Origin: an uncultured Alphaproteobacteria bacterium
Lineage (GTDB): Bacteria; Pseudomonadota; Alphaproteobacteria; Rhizobiales; Beijerinckiaceae
Direction: 5' to 3'
DNA length: 64,000 nt
NCBI GenBank assembly: GCA_963804045.1
Contig: CAWDOR010000029.1
Location: 15,380-79,379 of the forward strand
Part shown: positions 54,701 through 64,000 of the stretch, one piece after another
Position numbering within the stretch: position 1 is the stretch's first letter
Layout: each line of letters starts with the position of its first letter
Made by a program: the position numbers and the translations under genes
The notes under the pieces: model-generated
What the model was told of the DNA's origin: nothing
The model's database searches: none
What the model saw: the letters and a program-made list of their open reading frames with translations, nothing else

Positions 54701-56149
54701 AGCCTGACGATAACAAGCGACCCGCGCCTGCTCGAACAAATGGTGCGCAACCTCCTCTCGAATGCGCTGAAATATACGCGAAGCGGCAAAATCCTGCTTG
54801 GCTGTCGTCGGCGCGAGGGCATGTTGAGCATCGAGGTCTGGGACACCGGCATCGGCATCGCCGATGAAGAGGTTCACGCGATCTTCGAGGAATACCATCA
54901 GGTCGGCAATGAGGCGCGCGAGCGCAGCCTCGGCCTGGGCCTCGGCCTCTCGATCGTGCGGCGGATCGGCAATTTGCTGGGACATCGGGTGCGCGTGCGT
55001 TCGCGTCATGGCGCCGGCTCGGTCTTCGCCATCGAAATCGCGCTGCCGGATATTGCGGTGTCGCCAAAAAGCCTGACCTCGCGCCAGGATCGCGATCCGG
55101 CGCGCGACAAGGACGCGGTTCGCAAGGGCGCGATCCTGGTTGTCGAGGACGACCCCGAACTGCGCGAATTGCTCGCCGTGTCGCTGAATGGCGAAGGGCA
55201 TCGCGTGGCGCGCGCCTACGATGGCTCCGAGGCGATGCAACTGATCGAGCGGGAGGATTTTCGACCCGAGCTCATCCTCGCGGATTTCAATCTGCCGAAC
55301 GGCATGAACGGGCTCGAAGTGGTCGCCAAGGTGCGCGAAAGGCTGCATCGCTTCATTCCGGTGATCATTCTGACCGGCGACATTTCCACGAAAACATTAA
55401 GCGCCATCGCCGCAGCAGACTGTGTGCTGCTCAACAAGCCGGTCAAACTGGATGATGTGTCGCTGACCGTTCAGAAAGCGCTGGCGTCAAAGCCTGCGGC
55501 GTCGCAGCCACTGCCGCGAGCGCCGGTCGAACCGTCGCCAATGTCCGGGCCCCCCGTCATTTTCGTCGTCGATGACGACAAGCGCATCCGTGAGGCGCTC
55601 CGCAGCGTGCTTGAGGACGACGGCCGCACCGTGGAAGATTTCGCGAGCTGCGAGGATTTTCTGGAAGCCTACCGTCCCGGCCGGCAATCCTGCCTGCTGA
55701 TCGACGCCTATCTGCCGGGCATGAATGGGCTCGAATTGCTTCAGCGGTTGAGCGACGACGGCCATCGCATGCCCTCGGTGATGATCACCGGCAAGGCCGA
55801 CGTGGGGATGGCGGTGCAGGCGATGAAGGCCGGCGCGTCCGACTTCATCGAGAAGCCGATCAGCCGCGAGGAGCTGCTTTCCTGCGTCGAGCGCGCCCTG
55901 GAGCATGCGCAGGACGCCAGCAAGCTGGTCGCCTGGCGCGAGGCCGCGGCGGGGCATTTCGAGGGCCTCACGCAGCGCCAGAAGCAGATCATGGAGCTGG
56001 TTCTCGCGGGCCATCCGAGCAAGAACATCGCCGCCGATCTCGGCATCAGCCCGCGCACGGTCGAAAATCATCGCGCCGCGATCATGAAGCGGACCGGCGT
56101 GAAATCGCTGCCGGCGCTCGCGCGGCTGGCGGTCGCGGCGAGCGATTGA
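51788..56149 (+). CDS. CheB-CheR fusion / PAS / histidine kinase / REC / REC-LuxR(FixJ-like) multidomain protein
   Basis: Single 1453-aa ORF. CheB-like VVAIGASAGGL...VQHLDP. CheR SAM-binding IWIAGCSTGEE. Coiled coil. PAS. H-box FLAAASHDLRQPL, HATPase DTGIGI. Receiver ILVVEDD...ADFNLPNGMNG...KP. Then from the in-frame ATG at 55541 a complete FixJ-type module (VIFVVDDD...IDAYLPGMNG...KP...LTQRQKQIMELV...ISPRTVENHR). Confidence 0.85.
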   Translation: MREVNSRPAKSSKTKPDGRAPTAMAAGEKTPGFPVVAIGASAGGLDACRMLVDALPLDGGLAFILVQHLDPTHESMLVELLAGHTPMKVCQATDGMPVEPEHLYVIPPGSYLSVKAGALRLSQPQERHGARLPFDFLLHSLAEEYSARAICVILSGTGADGSSGLKAVKEKGGLVIVQDPEEAGYDGMPRNAILTGAVDLVLPAAKIPEAIVNYAARTRSQKNAPPQDSAQGWLAQIIELLRTKTAHDFRMYKPGTLQRRIERRMALKADDMDLYLQKLRADPAELDLLAKDLLINVTSFFRDPKVFEYLAEHVIPGLVGNQSADQPLRIWIAGCSTGEETYSLAMLFREAIAAAGGHVKLQVFASDIDSDAVAQAREGLYPPTIEADVSAGRLTRFFVKEDRGYRIAPDLRGDVVFTVQDVLADPPFSRLDFVSCRNLLIYLGPEAQARVMALFHFALREGGILLLGGAETVGEPQGRFTAISKNERIFRHTARGRPGDFSFLAGDGARVPARQGQGPSPSRQTVLAELCRRLVLENYAPAAALINRNNECLFSLGPTDRYLSVPPGQPTHDLLAMARKGVGSKLRSIIQRVFHENAAVSVGGCRVDRDGGALGFGISARPVVNDGEELALICFLEEARKESRQGRAGSPGDVSHVAELEKELEATRAELQGAIRNLEISSEEQKAINEEALSVNEEFQSTNEELLTSKEELQSLNEELTALNNQLQETLDRQRITSDDLQNVLYSTDVATIFLDVNLKIRFFTPATRLLFNVIPGDIGRPLADLSSLAADSALLPDARAVLTKHLPIEREIEARSGAWYMRRILPYRTQQDGVEGVVITFADITDRKGANDALEAAKRRAETADVAKSRFLAAASHDLRQPLQTLALLQGLLTRAVASEREQKLVARIGETLGAMTGMLNALLDINQIEAGAVHAELARFPVNDLLVKLYDEFTYQAHAKNLALRMVPCSLTITSDPRLLEQMVRNLLSNALKYTRSGKILLGCRRREGMLSIEVWDTGIGIADEEVHAIFEEYHQVGNEARERSLGLGLGLSIVRRIGNLLGHRVRVRSRHGAGSVFAIEIALPDIAVSPKSLTSRQDRDPARDKDAVRKGAILVVEDDPELRELLAVSLNGEGHRVARAYDGSEAMQLIEREDFRPELILADFNLPNGMNGLEVVAKVRERLHRFIPVIILTGDISTKTLSAIAAADCVLLNKPVKLDDVSLTVQKALASKPAASQPLPRAPVEPSPMSGPPVIFVVDDDKRIREALRSVLEDDGRTVEDFASCEDFLEAYRPGRQSCLLIDAYLPGMNGLELLQRLSDDGHRMPSVMITGKADVGMAVQAMKAGASDFIEKPISREELLSCVERALEHAQDASKLVAWREAAAGHFEGLTQRQKQIMELVLAGHPSKNIAADLGISPRTVENHRAAIMKRTGVKSLPALARLAVAASD

Positions 56150-56439
56150 TCGGTTTTTCGCCAAGTTTATACCGTTCTGGCGAACGTCAGCTCTCCCAAC
56201 GTTTATGGCCGGTCGACGCGGTCCTTGGTAACGTCGGGATGTGGCGCCGAGCGGGCCGCCGCCATTGATTTTGAATGACTGGAGTTGGGCGATTGGAGCG
56301 TCAGCGGCGCTTGCACGTTGTAACTTCTAACCCGGCATCGAGCGGGGCCGCGGAGGGAGAGCTCGATGTCGCAGTCTCAAATGTTGCGCAGCCGCTGGTT
56401 CGCCGCGTCGCGGTGTTATCCCGTTTCCAAAGTTCACTT

Positions 56440-59400
56440 TCATCCGAGCCGAATTAAGATCCGATGCGCGGCGCCGTCGTCGGCGAGTGACAGCCTCAGC
56501 GGCCGCTCCTTGACGTCTTCTCCGTCAATGGCGGCGAAAACGACGCCGCGTTCGACTCCATCGGGATTTTCGACGCGGATCTCGTATCGCGACGCGCCAT
56601 GCCGAAGTGAGACCTCGAAGGCCGGCCACGCCTTGGGGATGCACGGATCGACGCAGAGGCGATCTCCCTCCAGGCGTATTCCGAGAATGCTTTCCATGCC
56701 GGCGCGCTGCATCCACGCGGCGGAGCCCGTGTACCAGGTCCAGCCGCCGCGCCCGACATGAGGCGGCATGGCGTAGATATCGGCGGCGACGACATAGGGC
56801 TCGACCTTGTAGCGATGCACGTCCGCGCGCGTGCGGGCGTGATTGATCGGATTGAGTAGCGAAAACAGGCTCAAGGCCTTGTCGCCTTGACCGAGCTTGG
56901 CGAAGGCCATCACCGACCAGAGCGCGGCATGGGTATATTGCCCGCCATTCTCCCGGATGCCCGGTGGATAGCCTTTGACATATCCGGGATCGAGTGCTGT
57001 CTTGTCGAATGGCGGAGTGAACAAGGGCGCCAGCCCCTCCTGCAGGCGGATCAACTCCCGCTCGACCGAAGCCATCGCTTGCGCCGCCCGTTTCGGTGAC
57101 GCCGCATCGGACAGCGCTGCCCAGGACTGCGCGATGCTGTCGATCCGGCATTCGTCGCTCTGGCTCGAACCAAGCGGCGTTCCATCATCGTAAAAACCCC
57201 GCCGATACCACTCGCCGTCCCAGCCCTCGCGCTCAAGCGCGGCCTGCAAGTCGATCGCATGCGCGCTCCATTTCTTGGCTCGCTCCGGCTCACCGCGGGT
57301 TTTGGCAATCGACGCAAACTTGTTCAGCGTCGTGAACAGCAGCCAGCCAAGCCACACGCTCTCGCCGGCGCCGCGCGCGCCGACGCGGTTCATGCCGTCG
57401 TTCCAGTCGCCGGCGCCGATCAGCGGCAATCCGTGGCCGCCCTGCGCCAGACTGCTGTCGAGCGCGCGGGCGCAATGTTCGAACAGGCTCGCCGTTTCTT
57501 CGCCGATCCCCGGGGTGAAAAAGCTGTCATGCTCTTGCGGCTCAAGCAGCCGCCCCTCAAGAAATGGAAGTTTTTCGTCAAGTATCGCGGCGGCGCCGGA
57601 AACCTCGACATATTGCGCGACCGTGAAGGCCAGCCAGGCGCGGTCGTCGGAGATGCGGGTGCGCACGCCCTGGCCCGAATGCGGCAGCCACCAATGCTGG
57701 ACATCGCCCTCCGCAAACTGCCGCGCCGCGGCGCGCAAAATATGTTCGCGCGTCATCTCCGGACGCAAGGCGGAAAGCGCCATGCCGTCCTGAAGCTGGT
57801 CGCGAAAGCCATAGGCGCCGCTGGCCTGGTAGAATGCTGAGCGCGCCCAGAGGCGACAAGCAATGGTCTGGTAGAGCAGCCAGCCATTGAGCATGATGTC
57901 CATGGCGCGGTCCGGCGTCTTGACCGTGACGGCGTCGAGAATTCCGCTCCAGAAGTCCGCGACCGCGGTAAATTCGGCATCGAGATCGGCGCTGCGGTAG
58001 CGGTCGATCAGACGCCGCGCTTCCTGGGAATCCTCGGCGTCGCCGAGCAGGAAGGTGATGTCCACGCTCTCGCCGGGCGCGAGCACGAGGCTGGAGCGCA
58101 GCGCCGCACAGGGATCGAGGCCCGCGCCGAGGTTTTTTGACAACGCCGCGCCGCCAGCCAGAGCGGCGGGCGCGCCGAGCGTCCCGTTGCGGCCGATGAA
58201 CTCCCGGCGGTCGCCCGTCCAGTCGGTCTGGCGACCGCTGAAATCGGCGAAGGCGATGCGCGAACCAAAGCCCGCACTCCAGCGATTTCGGGCGAAGATC
58301 GCGCCCGACCGGGAATCGAGCGCCGTCGTGACGAAATTGAGACCCGCCGAGCGCGATGGACCGAGCGCCCATTCGACATAAGCCGTGAGGCTCAGATGAC
58401 GGGCGCGTTCGGACAGATTGCGCAATTTCAACCGCGATATCTTGATCGAGCCGTCCTGCGGCGCGAATTGCAGCAAGTCTGACTCGATGCCGTGGCTCGT
58501 ATGCTCGAACCGGCAATAGCCGCGACCAAAGCGGGCTTTATAGGTCGCCGCCTCCAAGCGGATGGGAGACGCGGTCGGGCTCCACAAGGCGCCTGAATCG
58601 TCGTCACGCAGGTAGAAAGCCTCGCCAGACCGGTCGGCGACGGGGTCGTTCGACCAGGGCGTGAGCTGGTTCTCGCGGCTGTTGACCGACCAGGTGTAGC
58701 CGCTGCCTTCGGTCGCCGCCTGGAAGCCGAAACGCTCGTTGGCGACGACATTGATCCAGGGGGCGGGCGTCGCCTGGCCCGGTCCGAGGATCGTCACATA
58801 TTCCTGGCCGTTCCTCGCGAAGCCGCCGAGGCCGTTGAAGAATTCCAGCTTTTCCGGCGCCGCTGCGGCGCCCGAGGGATCGGACGCGACATTGTCATTC
58901 GTCAACGGGTCGACGGAGGGTTTTGTCCGTGTTTGCGTCTCGACGATCCGGTCGAGTTGGGCGAACAGCCCGCCGCGCTGCGCCACCAGGACGACCCTTG
59001 CGGTCGAAGCCAGCAGGGCCGAGGTTTCGGCAGGAATGAGGTCTCCACGCAGCACGAAGACGCCGCCGGGCGAATCCTCGCCGCGGAGCCGCGGCCGCAT
59101 CTGGCGGGTGCGAATGAGCGTTTCGAGCGCGATCTGGAGGTCCTGGACATAGGAGGATTGGCGCTCGTTGAGGATCACCAGATCGACGGCGAGTTGCTTC
59201 ATCCGCCAATATTCGTGCGCTCCAAGCAATTCGCGCGCGATATCGAGATCGTCGGCGTCGGCGATGCGCAAGAGCACGATCGGGAGATCGCCGGATACGC
59301 CCAACGGCCACAGCCCCGATTGCGCGCCGGCGCCGCGGAAAATCGTGTCGGACGGCGGGCGCAGGGTCGGATTGGCGTAAATCACATGACTTGCCAGGCG

Positions 59401-62400
59401 CTGGAACAGGCTGGCTTCGCCGGCGGTGACGCCAAGATGATGCAACTGTACCTGCGCCTGCGTCCAGGCGAGAGTCGTGGCGCGCGAATAGGCTGTGACG
59501 TCGCGATGCTTGTCGATGATGTCGAGCAAGGTCTCGCGCGTGGAAGCCGCCATTGTCCAGAAGGAGATGCGAGCCACGGCGCCCGGCGCGATCCGCACGC
59601 GGCGGCGCAGGGCGAAGATCGGGTCGAGAACGGCGCCGACGCTGTTTGACAACTTTCGGCCGTCGATCATGGCGATCGGCGTTCGGACGCTCTGGCCGCG
59701 TCCGATGAAGCGCGCCCGGTCGGTTTCGATTTCGGTATTGCCAACGATTTCGCCATCGACGACGGAGATCTGGCCAGCCCAGACTTCGGGCTCGCCCGGG
59801 TCGCGCCGGCGCCGCGTGGCGAGAAGCGCGCCGACATCGCCCAGAAATTCGGTCTCGACGAAGAGCTTTGAAAAGGCCGGATGCGCGACATCCGACGCCT
59901 GCGGCGCAAGCACCAGTTCGGCATAGGAGGTGATTTCGATTTCGCGAACGAGCGGGCCATCGTTGGTAATGGAAACACGCCGAACCTCGGCGTCGTCTTC
60001 CGATGAGACCACGACGTCCAATGTCGTTGTCAGTGTTCCGTCTTGGCGCGTGAATTCGGCGCGATCCTCGTTGAAGGCGACATGATAGGCGTCCGGTTCG
60101 CGACCGCTGGGCTGGAAGCCCGCCGACCAGACCTGATTGTTCTTGATATCGCGCAAAAAGATATAGGAGCCAGAATCGTCGCAGGCGCAATCCTCGCGCC
60201 AGCGGGTCACGGCGAGTTTTCCCCATCGGCTGTAGCCAGAGCCGGCGGCGGTCAACATGGTGGAATAGCTTCCGTTCGAAAGCAGCTGCGTCCCGGGCGT
60301 CGCATGATGGGGGGAGGAATAGCGCCGCCCGCCCAGGGGCTCCGCGTCACGTCCCCTCTTGGCGGCGGATTTCATTTCCGCGGCCCAGTTATGGGCAACA
60401 GCGACGTCGCGCGGCATGCGTTCCTGCAACAGCAGTTCCGTCGCCTGAACCATGGGTTCGGCGTGGAAGCGCGCGCGCATTTTCGCGTCGAGCGCCGTAT
60501 TGGCGATGGCGACGATGGTCATGCCCTGGTGATGGGCCATGAAGGCGCGCACGATGGCGCATTTATCGCCTTCCGGCACACGCTTGGGCGTATAGTCCAG
60601 CGCCTCGTAATAGCCGTAACGACCGAGCGCGCCGACGTCCTTGAGCCGCGCCAGATTTTTTCGCGCGGCCTGCGGGTTGACCATGGCTGCGAGGCCCGTC
60701 GCATAGGGCGCGACCACGAAATTGTCGGCCAGTCCGCGTTTCAGCCCGAGGTCGGGAATGCCGAAATTGGAATATTGGTAGGTCAATTCCAGATCGCGCG
60801 CATTATAGGCGGACTCCGAGACGCCCCAGGGCAAATTCTGCTTGTCCGCAAAGGCGATCTGACGCCCGACCACCAGGCGGCTCGTCGCTTCCAGCAGGCT
60901 TCCCGTCGGCGCCCGCATGACCAGTGAAGGCATCAGATATTCGAACATCGATCCCGACCAGGAAATCAGCGCGGCTCCATGGGCGACAGGGGTCGCCGTG
61001 CGGCCAAGATGAAACCAGTGGCGGGCGGGAATATCGCCCTTGGCGATGGCGAAAAAGCTCGCCAGCCGCGCTTCGGACGCCAGGAGGTCATAGCAATTGG
61101 GATCGAGCGTCCCCTCGGGCGCCAGATAGCCGATCGAGAGCAGGTTGCGCTTGCGGTCGATGAGAAAGCCGAACTCCATGGCCAGCGCCATCGACCGGCT
61201 CGTCGCCTCAAGGGTTTCCAGCCGCGCGCGCAAGCCGGCGGCGTCTTCGGCGTTACGCGCAAAATCGGCGCGATGCGCTGCGATGGCGCTCACGCTGGCG
61301 TCCGCCCAGAACACCATGTCCGCGCCAGCCTCGTCGCCGCGTTCACTGGCCAGCGCTCTGGCCATGTCGAGCATCGTGTCGGCCTGCAGGCCGAGATTCG
61401 CCAGCCGCGCCCCAAAATCGTCCAAGGCGGAGAAAGGCTCCCGTGCGGCCTTGGCGAGGGCGGACAGCGCGTTGTCGAGTTGTCGCCAGGTGACGGTCTG
61501 CGTCTTGCGGCCGTCACGCAGACGCGCCGCGTCTTCGCGGGCCAGATCGAGAGCGTCGGCGATCCCTTTCAGGCACGCCGTTTGGTCCAACGCCGCCGAT
61601 TGCCACTCTCGGCAGGCATTGGCCAGGGCGATCAGGTGCCCGGCCAGGTTGCCGCTGTCGACCGACGAGACATATTTCGGATCGAGCGGGCGAAGGTCGC
61701 TGGTGTCGTACCAATTATAAAAATGGCCACGGAAACGCTCCATGCCGTCCATCGTCGCCAGTGTCGCCTCCAGGCGCTCGATCGCTTCTTTCGCGCCAAT
61801 CCATCCGAAGTCGCGGGCGCTCGCCAGCGACAGGAGATAGAGGCCAAGATTGGTCGGAGACGTGCGATGCGCCAGCCGTGGATTGGGATCCTCCTGGAAA
61901 TTGTCGGGCGGCAACATGTTATCGCCGCTGGTGACGAAGGTCTCGAAAAAGCGCCAGGTGCGCCGCGCTGTCAGGCGCAAGCTCTGCGCGTCGTCGCTGG
62001 ACAAGGGTTTCCTGCTGGCGATGCGCGGCGGCAGGCTTACAGCCAAGGCGACGGCGGGAGAGGCCAGCCAGAGCGCCGCCAGAGCGCCCGACAGCAGCGC
62101 AATTCCGCCGCCGCTGATACAGCCGACGACCAGAGCCAGGGCGCCGATGGCCAGCGCGCCGTACATGCGACGGTAGAAGCCGGGAAGATCGAGTCGCCGT
62201 GCGTCGGCCGCCTGCGCGGCCGGAACCCATTCGAGCAGATGCTTGCGGCTGACGGCGAGGCGATAAAGTGTGCGCAGGATCGCGTCGCCCATCAGCCAGG
62301 CCTGATCGGCGAGGAAGATGATGGTCAGCGCCGACAAGGTCAACGCCAGCCTGAGATCGCCGCCAAGAGCGCGAAAATGGCTTGATAGCGTGATGCCTGG

Positions 62401-64000
62401 GCGACGCGGCGGAATCGCCGCGATGACGGGAATCATCGGCGGCAAGGCGATCGTCGCGAGCACGAAGCCGGTCCAGATCAGAGCCGCATGAAACGGCAGC
62501 GTCCAGCCGACGAGCAGGGCGAGGATCGCCGAGGGCGAGGACAGGGTGCGGCGCAGGTTGTCGAGCATCTTCCAGCGACCGATGGCCGGGATGGCGTTGG
62601 AGTTCCCGGTAGCCCCGACGGCTTTTGGCCCGCGCCCAAGAATCCACGGCAGGAGCTGCCAGTCGCCGCGCGCCCAGCGATGGTGGCGCAAGGCGCCGAC
62701 ATCGTAGCGCGCCGGAAACTCCTCGACGACTTCGACATCCGAGGCGAGGCCGGCGCGGGCGAAAACGCCTTCGAACAGGTCATGGCTGAGCAAGGTGGAG
62801 TCGGGCGCGCGGCCCTCCAGCGCGGCCTCGAAGGCGTCGACGTCATAGATGCCCTTGCCGGCATAGGAGCCTTCGCCGAACATGTCCTGATAGACGTCGG
62901 AGACGGCGGAAGCATAAGGATCGATGCCGCTCAGGCTGGAGAAGATGCGCTGGAACAGCGAGCCTTCGAGCCCCACCGGAAGCGAAGGGGTCACGCGCGG
63001 CTGCATCACGCCATAGCCTTCGACGATGCGCCTCGTCTCCGCGTCGAAACGCGGCCGGTTGAGCGGATGCGCCATCTTGCCGATCAGGCGGCGGACAGTT
63101 TCACGCGGCAAACGCGTGTCGGCGTCGAGCGTGACGACATAGCGCGTGTCGGGCAGCGCGAACGGCGGCGCGCCATCGATGTTGAGGAAGCCCGTATCAT
63201 CGGCGCCGCGCAGAAAACGGTTCAGTTCGTGCAGTTTGCCGCGCTTGCGCTCCCACCCGATCCAGCGGGATTCGCTGGGGCTCCAGACGCGATGGCGATG
63301 CAGCAGCAGAAAGCGCGGGCCGCCAGGCGCGGGGCCATAGCGCGCGTTCAGCCGCGCCACGCCTTTGGCCGCGACCGCCAGCAGCGCCTCGTCGCCGTCG
63401 ATGTTCTTGGCCGGGGCGTCCAGCCAGTCCGAGAGCAAGGCGAAATGCAGGTCTCCTTCGGGACTGGCGAGGTGATGGATTTCGAGGCGCTCGATCTGCT
63501 CTTCGATGGCGGCGGGCGTGGTCAGCAGCGTCGGAACGGCGACCAGCGTGCGCAAATGCGAGGGAACGCCATTGGCCAGCTCCAGAGCCGGCAGAAGGTT
63601 GGCGTGGAAGCCGAAACTGACGGCGCGATTGACCAGCGCGACCGCCGCGTCAATGGCGGGGATCGCCCCAAGCGCCGCAAGGAAGTAGAGCGACGCCGCG
63701 CCAGCGCCCGCGGCGCCGAGCGCGAAAAGCGCGGCGGCGAGAATGATCAAGGTGACGGCGCCGATGGCGCTGGCGTAAAAGCCAATTCCGGAGGCCCGAT
63801 GGAGCCGCGCCCGCCACTTGCGCGCCCGCGGGTGATAGCCGATCTCGCGTTCAAAACTCTGCCGTCCGCCGCCAATCAGATGATAACCTGGATCGCTTTT
63901 TCGCGCGTCCGCCTGCGCAAGCGCTGGAGCCCCGAAACGTCGGGCAGTAGCTATGGCGCTGCGCGCAATGTCGAGTTCGGCGGCGTTCGATCCGCGCGCC
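56440..64000 (-). CDS. ndvB: Cyclic beta-1,2-glucan synthase (NdvB/ChvB/Cgs), 5' end beyond window
   Basis: The frame is open from 64000 (I translated ...FEREIGYHPRARKW... upstream of the track start at 63750) to the stop at 56440. GT84 region YVVTLDADTRLP, then a long C-terminal GH94-like phosphorylase region. Confidence 0.9.
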   Translation of the reverse strand, partial: ARGSNAAELDIARSAIATARRFGAPALAQADARKSDPGYHLIGGGRQSFEREIGYHPRARKWRARLHRASGIGFYASAIGAVTLIILAAALFALGAAGAGAASLYFLAALGAIPAIDAAVALVNRAVSFGFHANLLPALELANGVPSHLRTLVAVPTLLTTPAAIEEQIERLEIHHLASPEGDLHFALLSDWLDAPAKNIDGDEALLAVAAKGVARLNARYGPAPGGPRFLLLHRHRVWSPSESRWIGWERKRGKLHELNRFLRGADDTGFLNIDGAPPFALPDTRYVVTLDADTRLPRETVRRLIGKMAHPLNRPRFDAETRRIVEGYGVMQPRVTPSLPVGLEGSLFQRIFSSLSGIDPYASAVSDVYQDMFGEGSYAGKGIYDVDAFEAALEGRAPDSTLLSHDLFEGVFARAGLASDVEVVEEFPARYDVGALRHHRWARGDWQLLPWILGRGPKAVGATGNSNAIPAIGRWKMLDNLRRTLSSPSAILALLVGWTLPFHAALIWTGFVLATIALPPMIPVIAAIPPRRPGITLSSHFRALGGDLRLALTLSALTIIFLADQAWLMGDAILRTLYRLAVSRKHLLEWVPAAQAADARRLDLPGFYRRMYGALAIGALALVVGCISGGGIALLSGALAALWLASPAVALAVSLPPRIASRKPLSSDDAQSLRLTARRTWRFFETFVTSGDNMLPPDNFQEDPNPRLAHRTSPTNLGLYLLSLASARDFGWIGAKEAIERLEATLATMDGMERFRGHFYNWYDTSDLRPLDPKYVSSVDSGNLAGHLIALANACREWQSAALDQTACLKGIADALDLAREDAARLRDGRKTQTVTWRQLDNALSALAKAAREPFSALDDFGARLANLGLQADTMLDMARALASERGDEAGADMVFWADASVSAIAAHRADFARNAEDAAGLRARLETLEATSRSMALAMEFGFLIDRKRNLLSIGYLAPEGTLDPNCYDLLASEARLASFFAIAKGDIPARHWFHLGRTATPVAHGAALISWSGSMFEYLMPSLVMRAPTGSLLEATSRLVVGRQIAFADKQNLPWGVSESAYNARDLELTYQYSNFGIPDLGLKRGLADNFVVAPYATGLAAMVNPQAARKNLARLKDVGALGRYGYYEALDYTPKRVPEGDKCAIVRAFMAHHQGMTIVAIANTALDAKMRARFHAEPMVQATELLLQERMPRDVAVAHNWAAEMKSAAKRGRDAEPLGGRRYSSPHHATPGTQLLSNGSYSTMLTAAGSGYSRWGKLAVTRWREDCACDDSGSYIFLRDIKNNQVWSAGFQPSGREPDAYHVAFNEDRAEFTRQDGTLTTTLDVVVSSEDDAEVRRVSITNDGPLVREIEITSYAELVLAPQASDVAHPAFSKLFVETEFLGDVGALLATRRRRDPGEPEVWAGQISVVDGEIVGNTEIETDRARFIGRGQSVRTPIAMIDGRKLSNSVGAVLDPIFALRRRVRIAPGAVARISFWTMAASTRETLLDIIDKHRDVTAYSRATTLAWTQAQVQLHHLGVTAGEASLFQRLASHVIYANPTLRPPSDTIFRGAGAQSGLWPLGVSGDLPIVLLRIADADDLDIARELLGAHEYWRMKQLAVDLVILNERQSSYVQDLQIALETLIRTRQMRPRLRGEDSPGGVFVLRGDLIPAETSALLASTARVVLVAQRGGLFAQLDRIVETQTRTKPSVDPLTNDNVASDPSGAAAAPEKLEFFNGLGGFARNGQEYVTILGPGQATPAPWINVVANERFGFQAATEGSGYTWSVNSRENQLTPWSNDPVADRSGEAFYLRDDDSGALWSPTASPIRLEAATYKARFGRGYCRFEHTSHGIESDLLQFAPQDGSIKISRLKLRNLSERARHLSLTAYVEWALGPSRSAGLNFVTTALDSRSGAIFARNRWSAGFGSRIAFADFSGRQTDWTGDRREFIGRNGTLGAPAALAGGAALSKNLGAGLDPCAALRSSLVLAPGESVDITFLLGDAEDSQEARRLIDRYRSADLDAEFTAVADFWSGILDAVTVKTPDRAMDIMLNGWLLYQTIACRLWARSAFYQASGAYGFRDQLQDGMALSALRPEMTREHILRAAARQFAEGDVQHWWLPHSGQGVRTRISDDRAWLAFTVAQYVEVSGAAAILDEKLPFLEGRLLEPQEHDSFFTPGIGEETASLFEHCARALDSSLAQGGHGLPLIGAGDWNDGMNRVGARGAGESVWLGWLLFTTLNKFASIAKTRGEPERAKKWSAHAIDLQAALEREGWDGEWYRRGFYDDGTPLGSSQSDECRIDSIAQSWAALSDAASPKRAAQAMASVERELIRLQEGLAPLFTPPFDKTALDPGYVKGYPPGIRENGGQYTHAALWSVMAFAKLGQGDKALSLFSLLNPINHARTRADVHRYKVEPYVVAADIYAMPPHVGRGGWTWYTGSAAWMQRAGMESILGIRLEGDRLCVDPCIPKAWPAFEVSLRHGASRYEIRVENPDGVERGVVFAAIDGEDVKERPLRLSLADDGAAHRILIRLG

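Noticed and set aside
52250-55348. Very long antisense ORFs: 1032 aa here, and also 32742-35096, 19208-20920, 16815-18074, 60979-62385, 779-1804, 5660-6805 and 29969-31213.
   Set aside because: Each lies opposite a gene with clear family motifs. Their translations are Arg/Gly/Ala/Pro-rich low-complexity sequence typical of stop-poor shadow frames in high-GC DNA.

Overview
High-GC, densely coding chromosomal segment. The gene repertoire looks alphaproteobacterial, Rhizobiales/Hyphomicrobiales-like; this is an inference from NdvB, otsB-GH15-otsA and DUF992/DUF1236/DUF883/CsbD/PRC-barrel genes. I call about 62 protein genes or pseudogenes and see no rRNA, tRNA, CRISPR or intact mobile element. 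Left to right: (1) an ABC-2 efflux operon with a frameshifted HlyD; (2) an orphan ECF sigma; (3) an RND pump and its MFP, both with disrupted 5' ends; (4) a DUF883/YqjE stress pair; (5) the trehalose operon otsB-GH15-otsA; (6) a secreted poly-His peptide; (7) a PhaC/PhaZ-MaoC-2xACAD-CoA transferase operon with a divergent, frameshifted crotonase; (8) an Isp-type [NiFe] hydrogenase operon (hypC-like, protease, hyaF-like, small subunit, isp1, isp2, large subunit); (9) a 14.4-kb segment bounded by a 46-nt duplication of the hydrogenase large-subunit 3' end and carrying an integrase remnant, with csbD, ADH, ALDH, pntAB, MFS, exonuclease, hdeD and a response regulator plus hybrid kinase; (10) DUF3775, cbpA-cbpM, a PRC-barrel protein and several small stress-type proteins; (11) dps-small ORF-response regulator, SPFH and another response regulator; (12) a 1453-aa CheB-CheR-PAS-kinase-REC-REC-LuxR protein; (13) most of the cyclic beta-1,2-glucan synthase ndvB. 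The strongest signal is not a gene. A 22-nt asymmetric motif (TGAGTAGWTTCCGAVSCTGTCG) occurs 20 times, always intergenic and always pointing at the next gene 30-202 nt downstream. It ties most of these operons into one apparent stress-type regulon that I cannot match to any described promoter or operator consensus.
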